From Octopus bimaculoides (lineage: Eukaryota), in contig NC_068984.1 of NCBI RefSeq assembly GCF_001194135.2, forward strand, positions 127,519,683 through 127,583,682: 64,000 bases of DNA. The letters are read 5' to 3'. The position numbers were made by a program, and so were the translations under genes. Below, piece by piece: positions 37,800-48,802 of this stretch. Under the pieces are notes generated by a model. That model worked only from the letters and a program-made list of their open reading frames with translations. It was not told where the DNA came from and did no database searches. Numbering within the stretch: the stretch's first letter is position 1; each line of letters starts with the position of its first letter.

Positions 37800-38080
37800 A
37801 TAGCAAGGGCTATTAAAGTGTGTAAAAGCCACACGCTTTAATGGGACTCTAAACTCAAACTACTTCAATAAGTATACACACGTGCTGACATCAAGGGAAT
37901 GAAAACTAGATGACCATGAAATCATTAATGGTATACAACTAAACCTTTTTTAATTAAAGGAATTTCTCCTAGTTTTCATTCCCTCGATGCCGGCACGTGT
38001 GTATACTTACTGAAGTAGTTTGACTTTAGAGTCCCATTAAAGCATGTGGGGCTTTTAGACACAGCAATAGCCCTTGATAT
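37800..38080. mobile_element. Fold-back, MITE-like element with about 110-bp inverted arms
   Basis: 37800-37909 is the reverse complement of 37969-38080 with scattered mismatches. Confidence 0.8.
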
Positions 38081-38164
38081 CATAACAATAATATATACAG
38101 AGAAATATAATTGTTTTGAAATGGTAACATTACTAAAAGTACTGTTTACATAAACATTCTTTTT

Positions 38165-38548
38165 TATCTTTTGTTTTATACTTGTTTTAGTCATTAGACT
38201 GCTGCCATGCTGGAGCAGCATCTTGAAGAATTTTTAGTCAAAGGAATCAACACCAGTATTTATTATTTTTCTTTAATGTCTAGTATTTATTCTATCAATT
38301 TCTTTTGGGCATGTAAACACACCAGCACTGGTCATCAAATGGTGGGGACAAGGACAGACACAAAAACATGCACCCCCCCCCCCACACACACAACTGGCTT
38401 CTTTCAATTTCAGTCTACCAAATCCACTCACAAGGCTTTGATCAGCCTGAGGTTACAGTAGAAGACAGATGCCCAAGGTGCCACACAGTAGGACTGAACC
38501 TGGAACCATGAGGTTGAAAAACTAGCTTCTTACCACATAATCATGCCT
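38165..38548 (-). mobile_element. Family B SINE
   Basis: Reverse complement of 17315-17764. Similar minus copies at 52012-52352, 52735-53120 and 62830-63162. Confidence 0.75.
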
Positions 38549-38939
38549 ACACCTATGTTAGAAATGTATAAAGATGTTCATATTCTAAGAAGTCAACTGA
38601 AAAATTTGTGTTGGAGAAAATAACCTTGTACATATTACATTCAATAAATGTTCATTGATTGTCTCAGGTGGTGTTTGTAGATAATGCTTTGATTAAACAG
38701 AAAGGGAAGTCACCAAACGTGTTGTAATCTAATGAAATAGAGATTATGTACACCTCCACAGAATTTCTGGATATGCAATAATAACAATGGTAGTCTCTCG
38801 AGTCCAAGAAAGACAGTTCTGCAGCAATTTTTTGTTGAACGACCAGCACTGATGATTTGTTTAAAGTGATCAAATGTTTATGTTGTACATTAACTCACTT
38901 GCTCCATCAAATTGTCCATTGCCTGTACAGGTGCACATT

Positions 38940-40175
38940 ATCATCATCATCATCATCGTCATCGTCATCGTCATCATCATCATCATCATCATTGTCATCA
39001 TCATTTAACATCTGTTATCCATTCTGGCATGGGTTGGATGGTTTGACTGAGGTCTGGAGAGCCAGCGGCTGCACCAGGCTCCAATCTGATCTGGTAATGT
39101 TTCTACAGCTGGATGCCCTTCCTAGTGCCAGCCACTCCGAGAGTGTAGTGGGTGCTTTTTATGTGCCACCGGCACAGGAGCCAGTCAGTCAGACCTGGTA
39201 TCGAACACGTTTGGATAATGCTTTTTACGTGCCATCAGCATGGGAGCCAGTCAGGTGGTACTGGCATTGGCCATGTTCAGATGGTGCTTTTTACGTGCCA
39301 CTGGCACAGGAGCCAGTCAGGGAGTACGGCATCAGTCACATTCAGATGGTGCTTTTTACATGCCACCAGCATGGGGGCCAGTCAGGCGGACCTGGCTCGA
39401 CCACGTTTGGATGGTGCTTTTTACATGCCACCAGCATGGGAACCAGTCAGGAGACACAGGCATCGACCACATTTGGATGATGCATTTTGCGTGCCACCAG
39501 AATGGGAGCCAGTCAGGGGGCACTGGCCACAGTTACAATTGTAGTTTTACTCTTAAATGGGCTGGACATGCAACACTGGCATCAGCCATGGCTACAACCT
39601 CACTTTAGTTGACGGGTCTTCTCAATCACAGCATATCTCCAAAGGTCTCAATGTCTTGTCATTGCCTCTGTGAGGCCCAGTGTTTGAAGGTCATGCTTCA
39701 CCACCTCATCCCATGTCTTCCTGAGTCTACCTCTTCCACAGGTTTCTTCCACAGTTAGGGAGTGGCACTTCCTCACACAGCTGTCCTCATCCATACGTAA
39801 CACATGACCATACCAGTGCAGTCATCTCTCTTGAACACCACATTTGATGTTTCTTATGCCCAACTTTTCTCTTTGGGTGCTTACACTCTGTCGTGTATGC
39901 ACACTGATGTTACACAGTCAGCAGATCATACTAGCTTCATTTCTTTCAAGCCTACACATATCCTCAGCAGTCATGGCCCATGTTTCACTGCCATGTAGCA
40001 TGGGAGTTTGCACCCATGCAGTATACAGTCTACCTTTCATCCTGAGCAAGAAGCCCTTAGTTGCCAGCAGAGGTAGGAGCTCCCTGAACTTTACCCAGGC
40101 TATTTTTATTCGAGCTGCTACACTTTCAGAGCAACCACTCCACTACAGACTTGGTCACCTAGGTAGTGGAAGCTA
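38940..40175 (-). mobile_element. 5'-truncated RTE-LINE with C-terminal coding remnant, 3' UTR tandem array and (GAT)n tail
   Basis: 39560-40175 is homologous to 28600-28934 (HGSETW region) and the RTE C-terminus. Six units of about 65 bp at 39141-39540; (TCA)n at 38940-39003. Confidence 0.9.
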
Positions 40176-40857
40176 TTAACTACTTCCGATAAAGAAATCT
40201 GAATACTAAAGGGTTAATTATTCTACAGGTAAATGCTGACCTTCAAAAACATGCTTTCTAGAACTTTATGAATTGTAAGACCATAGGGTTGTCTGAACAG
40301 AAATTGATAGATACCTATGCCTTTGGAATGTCAATGCATAATGACTTCTTGGATGCATATGTATTTTGGGATAAATAAATCTTTCTCTTAATGAGTGCCA
40401 GAAACAATAACAGTGAAAATTATCAAATTAAAGATTTAAACACAATTTGTTTCAATGAAATGACTCAATGTGGATTGTTTCTCAAAGATGGTGTAGCCAT
40501 TACATTTCTTCAAAATGGAGATGTAGCTAATGGCCATTGCAATTGAGCAAGATATATTATTAAGAGTCCCCACAGAATGGTTATTTACACTGTTATTGCT
40601 CCTAGCATCCATAAAGAGGAAGATTTATTTGTCCTCTCTCTTTTCCTATATATAAACTGAACATTTGCAGTTGAATTGCAAATGAATACGCTGCACAGAG
40701 GAGATATAACAAGATCAAAACAAATCCATTGCTTTCACCTGTTGACTACAAAAAACAAGGTCCAAACTTAAATTTATCTTATTTTTCCCAATAATTTGAA
40801 TCAGTCTGTGTGTTTATTTGTATGGTATATGCATGTGTATGTATAATATATACGTAT

Positions 40858-40917
<60 letters not shown>

Positions 40918-41004
40918 CTTTCTTTATTCGCCACACAGGGCTGAACACAGATGGGACAAATACAATGTAGAGTTTTTCTTTTCGATGGGGGAAAAATAAA
41001 AATA

Positions 41005-41064
<60 letters not shown>

Positions 41065-41105
41065 ATAGATAAGATAGATAAGATAGATAGATAGATAGAT
41101 AGATA
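40858..41105. repeat. (GATA)n microsatellites flanking a short repeat fragment
   Basis: Seen directly. Confidence 0.95.
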
Positions 41106-42954
41106 GGCTATAGCAGAAGACACTTGCCCAAAGTCCTACTATTTTTAGATTTGAACACTACAAATTTTGGAAGAATCTCTGTGGATTAAAGTTTTTCCGC
41201 TCACTATTTGAGATTCTACTACAGATGTATGTCTGTGTGTGCATATACATATATACATATACACATATGTTATATCGACTATATATATATGTGTGTATGT
41301 ATGTATGCTATACAGTATGTACAATATATACATTATACAATACGTCTATACAGTATATACATCAAAATATAGTAAGGAACAACTTTTTACAAAAGTTTTG
41401 TTTACTGTTCAGTATAAGTTGTCTTCTGTAAAATAGTTATCTCTATTATTGTTTCAGCACTCCCAACACTTTTTTTTCCAGTTCCAGTACCTCTCCAGGG
41501 ATGTATGTATGGGATTTGTATACATTTCTTATTGAAATTTTTTTTTTTATATCTTCTATCATTTAAAATTTATAACCTTTAGGGTGAACTTTTGACATGT
41601 GACCAAAACTTTTAAAAAACAAAAAAAAATTGTAGAGGCCAAATTTGGAGAATAGGATGGCTGGTGGCTAACAGTCATCTTACACTTTCCTGAAAGTTAT
41701 GGATAAGGAGTGATGCAAATGCAAAGTCAAGATGCAACATCAAGATTTTATTTAAATATAGCTCAAGATTTTCCTTTGTATTACCTCTCTCAAACATTCC
41801 TCAAGACATCCAAATAAATCACTTTATTGATTGTTTGACTGTGTGGAACAGACATGATGAACAACTCCCTTCTGACTGAAAATTAACATCAATATCACCT
41901 TTGAATTTTAGTAACTCTGATATCTTTTATCTTTTACTTGTTTCAGACATGAGACTGGGGCCATGCTGCGGCACTGCTGAAAAGAATTTCTAGTTGAATG
42001 AATTGACACCAGTGCTTATTTTTTAAAGTCTGATACTTATTCTATCGGTCTCTTTTGCTGAACCTCAAAGTTACAGGGACATAAACATACCAACACCAGT
42101 TGTCAAGCTGTGGTAGGGACAAACACACATACACACACACATACAAACATACATACATGTGTGTGTATGCATGTGTTTGTGTGTTCTTTCATTCTTTTAC
42201 TTGTTTCAGTTATTTGACATGGGGCCTTGCAGGTTCAGTCCCACTGCATCCCAGACAGATGGCCATTTTAATTAAATACTGCTTCAGTTGCATGTAATGG
42301 ATTCTTTATCAGTTGGGCAGCTATTCACAACATCAGTGGATATGTGTGTATGTTTATGCATACTCTCAAAAATGAGTAATCCTGCGAAAGACCGGCATCC
42401 CATCCAGGTGGAGAATATATATGCTCTGAAGAATCTCTGTTTATTCTGTGGACCAATGAGAAGATCATTAATAGAATATCTGAATGACTGTCAAGATGCT
42501 TACATACATATAAATGCATTTTCATACAATGCAGTGCGAATGAATTTGAGTAACCATTAACCTAATTAATAATCATAATTCACCTTAAGGTATGAATGAA
42601 TTAAATTTAGTTCTAACCTCCCAATTCTTATATAAATACTAAGTAGCTATTTAATTCACTATGTGAATATATGTGTGCCAAACAACATGTGTGCGTATAC
42701 TTAAATCTTTGTGGATGTTTATATGAATGAGTGTACATGCATCATACAACCTATATGAGGGTGTTTATACATCCATATCCATTAACAGTTCTATTTAATA
42801 CCTTTTATGTAGTTTTGTGTGTTCATTTCTTTTTGGATCTGTTATCTTATTATTGATCTTCTATATAAATGAAGCTATATCCTTTAATTTACAGCTTTTC
42901 TTTACACGAACTGAGAAGATACCTTGCGGAACTGTAATTTTAACAAGTTATATC

Positions 42955-43067
42955 TATTTATCACCTGAAGAGACACATCTATACCATCGGATGCTCCTGA
43001 ACCAGTTAAGTATCCCATCCATGAGGGATCAATGCTAGATGGGTTGAAACAATTGTAGCGATTAATA
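42955..43067 (+). ncRNA. Type I hammerhead ribozyme motif, intact core
   Basis: TATTTATCAC-CTGAAGA(42965-42971)-GACACATCTA...TAGATGGGTT-GAAA(43046-43049)-C-AATT-GTA/GCGATTAATA. Stem I 8/10, stem II 9/10; palindromic ACAATTGT stem III; AATAAA follows at 43064. Confidence 0.75.
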
Positions 43068-43746
43068 AAAGTTCTCATATCTTCCATCTTCTGTCTCTCT
43101 CATTAACCAAATATATATATACATATATATACACACACACACACATATATATACATACACACACACACACACACACACATATATATGTACACATACATAC
43201 TCACTCGCACACATGCATGTGCAGCATACATATTTCTTCCTTATCTTTAGCTAAATGAACCATTCACAGTTCCAGCATTGTCTCATTGCATGTCTTTGTT
43301 TCACTCTTCTCTCAGCTTTTCCAAACTTCTTAAGATGATTTTTCTCTGGAATACCAAGATTCTTTACAATTGATCTTATCTATTAGCGTTTGTGATGAGA
43401 GTTAAAACATGAAAAAAGAAAAAAAAAAGAACAAGAGGAAGGCAGGAAGGAAGGGGATTACTTTACCCCAACCAAAAATAAATGGTGAAATATGTTATTA
43501 TGAATATAAGTACTTCGAAAATGAAGCAGATTTTTCTTTCTATTTTCAGAAAAATCAATTTCCTATTATGGAATGCTCTCATCCAATCATTATTGCTGGA
43601 GTATATTCTGAAAGTGCATACAACAAAGTCCCTACCTATCGAGGCTGATCAAACATTTTGGTATCTACCTGCTATGTGCCAGCTAAGTTGGAACAGCTAT
43701 GAAATCCAATAAAATTAATGTGCTAGAGAGAGAGAGGGACAGTGAA

Positions 43747-43788
<42 letters not shown>

Positions 43789-44260
43789 NNNNNNNNNNNN
43801 NNNNNNNNNNNNNNNNNNNNNNNNNNNNNNNNNNNNNNNNNNNNNNNNNNNNNNNNNNNNNNNNNNNNNNNNNNNNNNNNNNNNNNNNNNNNNNNNNNNN
43901 NNNNNNNNNNNNNNNNNNNNNNNNNNNNNNNNNNNNNNNNNNNNNNNNNNNNNNNNNNNNNNNNNNNNNNNNNNNNNNNNNNNNNNNNNNNNNNNNNNNN
44001 NNNNNNNNNNNNNNNNNNNNNNNNNNNNNNNNNNNNNNNNNNNNNNNNNNNNNNNNNNNNNNNNNNNNNNNNNNNNNNNNNNNNNNNNNNNNNNNNNNNN
44101 NNNNNNNNNNNNNNNNNNNNNNNNNNNNNNNNNNNNNNNNNNNNNNNNNNNNNNNNNNNNNNNNNNNNNNNNNNNNNNNNNNNNNNNNNNNNNNNNNNNN
44201 NNNNNNNNNNNNNNNNNNNNNNNNNNNNNNNNNNNNNNNNNNNNNNNNNNNNNNNNNNNN

Positions 44261-44815
44261 CAGCACCACCACTACCACCAGCAATAACAACACCGCAACT
44301 TACAACAGCAGCACCACCACAATCAGAACCAGCATCACCTCTACAACTAGCACTACCACCACCATTACCACCAACAACAATAACGCCACCACCACCACCA
44401 CCACCATCACCACCACCACCAACAACAACAGCAACAATAACAATAACAACATTTTTGCCAACACCACTACCACCACCACCACCATAACAAACTTCATCAC
44501 AACGAATACAATCTCTAAAACCATCACTAACAGCAACACCACCACCACAACATCAACCAGCACTACCACCACTATCACCACCACCAACAACAACAGCAAC
44601 ACCAATACTAACACCACCACTATTAAAACCACCACCACCACCACCATCATCACTACCAACAACAACAACAACAATAACAGCACCTCTACCAACACCATCA
44701 CTGACAAAACCACCACCGCCGCCATAACCATCACAACCAACACTACCATCACCACCACCACCACCGCTACTACTATCGTGGTCGTTATTATCATCATCAG
44801 CATCACTTACTGTAA
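44261..44815. repeat. Cryptic (ACC/AAC/ACT/ATC)n triplet low-complexity tract
   Basis: Seen directly; explains the poly-V/L and poly-P/T ORFs. Confidence 0.9.
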
Positions 44816-45329
44816 CTCACTCCTAACATCTTAAAAAGTATTTTTTTCTTTTTCTTTTTTGAAAAATACAACTGTATCAGGTGTCAATCCTGCTATCACC
44901 ACTGTGAATGCCATTATCTTATATGATAACACCAGTAGAACAATTGGCTAACACCAAATGGAATAGCTTATTACAAGCACTATCTCAGCTAACTTCCCTG
45001 GAGAGCAAGAAAATCTGTGGTCTTTCAACCTCCTAGAAATAGCAGCCATATACCCCTCAAATGAAATTCTACTATCTTAAATAATAATAAAAAAATCTAT
45101 ACTAAAAGATAATGTAGATTCTTATCTCTTTTAACTTTTAATTGCTTCAGTCAATGGACTGAGGCCATGCTGGGGCTCTGCCTTGAAGGCCTTAGTCAAA
45201 CAAATCGGTCACAGCACTTCATTTTGTAAGTCTCGTATTTGTTTTATCAATCTCTTTTGCCAAACAATTTAGTTACAAAGAGGTAAGTAAACTAACACCA
45301 GATGTCACATGATGGGAGACAAACAGAAA

Positions 45330-46330
45330 CATGATATGTCTTGGTAAATTTCCGATCTAAGCATAGAAATAACAGACATTAAACAAAAATCTGCATAGAA
45401 ACTCACAATGAGGGATCATATAGGAATGACTTACTTAAAAATCTGCCCACAGCTCTTGCCGAAACTAGGTGCATTGGGAAAGCTAGTGAATCTGCCACAT
45501 ATGAAGCAATTGCCATTGGTATTTCTGAAGAAATAACTGATCTTTAGTTTGTCAGCAACTCATCCAAGGACTTAGATGGCATTCTTCCAAAAAATGTTCT
45601 CTGCCTTGGTTGACCAGGTTCCAAACCCAGAATAATCAAGTTGACATTTTGAAGCCCAACTGAGGCACGTGCATACTATTTAGCCTCTGAAAAGGCCAGG
45701 CATGAAAATCGAATTACCTGTTGAACATGTCCTGGTTTACCACCTGATGTACATCCAAAGCAACATGCTGTAGCTTTCTTGAATTGTGACTCAGCACCAA
45801 ATGAAAGGTTTAGCCTATGCGACGATGGACAAATACGAAAATTTGTTAAGTCGGGTGAGACATGGAAAAGAGATACCAGCTGGTCTGTAGCTAATGTCCC
45901 CACAATAAGCAACAATGAAAACGCTCCTGAAAACTAAAGAAGAACAATCTGCCCAAATTACTGTCCTTAAACACTCAAAGTTTATGCAACAAGATCCACC
46001 TTTTTGACACTCACATCAAAATTTTTGATCATGATTTCATCTCAGGCACAGAAACATGGGCATACTCTTAACTTTGTGATGGTAATTTTGGCATGGCTGG
46101 TTACAACTTGTTTCGCAAAGATCATGTTATGGTCAAGAGGGTGGTGTGATGGCTTACATTTGGACAAGCTTTTCAGCAATTCCTTGCGATGATTTGAACC
46201 AATCACAAGTGGTGTTCTTCTGTGCTATATGCATAACCATGTCAACACTGCTACTTAGAGTTGTTTACCATCCACCAAACTACTATCAAGACACACGGCA
46301 TTTTGACATCCACTGTGCTGCATCTAGGAA
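45330..46330 (+). mobile_element. Decayed CR1/L2-type LINE 5' fragment (possible ORF1 end plus APE endonuclease start)
   Basis: DHDFISGTETW...DGNFGMAGYNLFRKD..(frameshift)..EGGVMAYI...LLLRVVYHPP are APE motifs of the ETW, GYxxFRxDR, GGGVxxY and GVxYRPP type. The ORF1 assignment upstream is weak. Confidence 0.75.
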
Positions 46331-47005
46331 AACAACTACTTATGGTTCCAGATTCAGTCCTTGGGCAAGTGTCTTCTACTATATCCTTGGACTAACCAAA
46401 GCTTTGTGAGTGGATTTGGTAGACGGAAGCTGAAAGAAGCCCGTTGTATATATATCCGTGTGTGTGTGTGTATGTTTGTGTGTCTGTGTCTTACCCACAC
46501 AGTCATGCCTTCACCTGGTTATATTGGTTTCAAATTTTGGCACAAGACCTGCAATTTCAGGGGTGGAGGTAAATCATTTACATCAAGCCCAGTGATTAAT
46601 CGACACCAAAAGGATGCAAGGTAAAGTCGACCTTGGTGGAATTTTAACTCAGAATGTAAAGATGTGTGGAATACCACTGAGCATTTTGCTTGGCATGCTA
46701 ATGGTTCTGCCATCTTGCCATTTTCCTGTACCTGATCATGTTGAATGCTCACAAAGATGCTTGCTAAATTAAAAGATAGCAGAAGTCTTCATCAAATAAT
46801 TATTAATTTTATTGTTTTTGATTGTCTGTTTAATTATTTCTCCTTGAAAATGTTTTAATTTTGTTCTCAACTAATTAATTATGTAAATGAAGCATGTATA
46901 TCAATCAAAACTGTTAAGATACTTTTTTTTCTTAAAATTTCCTATGAAGACACGACAACCCATAGAATCTTATATGTTACTAAAAATATATCCATTATGT
47001 CATTG

Positions 47006-47077
47006 AGCAGAGTGGCACAGTGGAAGTGTGCTGGGCCCACAACCCAGAGGTCTGTAGATCGAGGCTACACTCTTTGA
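47006..47077 (+). pseudogene. Initiator tRNA-Met pseudogene (anticodon CAT mutated to CAC)
   Basis: AGCAGAGTGGCACAGTGGAAGTGTGCTGGGCCCACAACCCAGAGGTCTGTAGATCGAGGCTACACTCTTTGA aligns end to end with metazoan tRNA-iMet (AGCAGAGTGGCGCAGCGGAAGCGTGCTGGGCCCATAACCCAGAGGTC...). Anticodon stem CTGGG/CCCAG and T-stem TGTAG/CTACA still pair; acceptor stem broken; CpG-type transitions. Confidence 0.85.
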
Positions 47078-48758
47078 GGAAATGGATGCTATTGTTAAGG
47101 CAGTGAACTGGCAGAATCATTAGCATGCTGAGTAAAATGCTTAGCCGTATTTCATCCATCCTTACATTCTGAGTTAAAAATTCCACTGAGGTCTGAGGTC
47201 AACTTTGCCTTTTATTCTTTTGGGATCAATAAAATAAGTACTTGTTGAGTACTGGGGGTGAGGTGATGTAATTGATTAGTCCCTGCCCCCACAAAAATTG
47301 CTGGCCTTGTGCCAAAATTTGAAGTTAATATATCAATCATGTTTTGTTCTTGAAGATGGGGAAGGAGGCAAGATGAGGAAGGTCGTATGAGGTTGGGCCT
47401 CACAGCATGATAATGCAGAAAAAATGTGAAGAAACTTGCTGCACGGCAGACCTGTCCGATTTGTGCCAACATTGAAAAATGGACTTCAGAATGGTTATGA
47501 TCATCATAATGGGTATGATTGTTGTTGTTGTCGTTATTTAAACCTAGGTGAATGCAATCAAGAAGATTTACTATCAAAGGCACTCTAGCAATGACGATTC
47601 CATTATTTTGTATATCAGAGATTGAATTGCCTGGTGTACTCAGGGAAATTTAGCTGCTATCTCTAGTAAACTGAACAACTGTACAGAAACGCCCTTGTTG
47701 GCCTACAGTGTTGACGATGATAAAGATGATGATGATGATGACGATGATGAGAAGTGTAGGGAGAGAGGGAAAATGGTGATGATGATGATGGTGTTGATGA
47801 AAAGGAAGAGTTCGAGGATGAGGACGATTCTTACAATTTGTCTTAGACATCTGCTATGTTGCAACTGGGAAAAGCTAGCTGTCTGTAAATAGCTTTACTT
47901 TTATTTCAGTTAATCCAGATTATGTTAGAAATAATCAGATAGACAGTTGAATGGAGTTTTGGTGAGCTAGTTATATTATGAATTGTGAGATGTATGAATA
48001 TTTGTAAACACCAGCTTAAGTAAGACATGATTTATTGGTAAACTGAAAGTATATAATCATTTGGCAGAGTCTTGTGTCATTTTTGTGTTTCTACTCTAAA
48101 AATATTCCAATCAAACTGCCCTGACTTACAGAACATAGGTCTATGGTCAAGGCACATAACTCTGCTTCTATTACACTGTCTGACCACACACCAAATTACG
48201 TGTTTAATGGTTAGCAGACAATAATAATAGATAATAGTGGGCTGTGTGGTAAGAAGTTTGCTTCCTAACCACATGGTTTTGGGTTCAGTCCCACTGCATT
48301 GCACCTTGGGTTTCTTCTCCTATAGTAGGCTGACCAAAGCCTTGTGAGCAAATTTCATAAACGGATACTGAAAGAAGCCCATTTTATACATACATAAATA
48401 CAAACATCTTTTATCTTTTAATTGTTTCAGTCATTAGGCTGTAGCCATGCTGGAGCACTGCTTTGAATTTTTAGTCAAATGAATTGACCCCAGTACTCAG
48501 AATGTAAGGATGTGTGAAATACCAATGAACATTTTGCCTGGCATGCTAATGGTTCTGCCAGCTTACTACCTTCCTGCACATGACTATGTTGAAAGCTCAC
48601 AAAGATGCTTACTAAATTAAAAGATAGCTGAAGTCTTCATCATAATTATTTTGTCTCTTTGTCTTCTCTCCTGGTGCTGTATGAACATTTAATGTGGTTT
48701 TAGAGTCAAGTTTTGATTGCTATATCTAGCATGGTGGTATCTCTTAGATACCCTTAAT

Positions 48759-48802
<44 letters not shown>

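Noticed and set aside
39141-39540. CRISPR-like repeat/spacer appearance
   Set aside because: Eukaryotic context, homologous spacers, no cas genes; it is part of an RTE 3' UTR.
43551-43648. Plus-strand acceptor followed by KNQFPIMECSHPIIIAGVYSESAYNKVPTYRG*
   Set aside because: No homology recognised and no partner exons; such acceptors are common in AT-rich DNA.
44261-44815. Pro/Thr-rich and Val/Leu-rich ORFs (mucin- or extensin-like)
   Set aside because: Cryptic triplet microsatellite next to a gap; no splice or start support.
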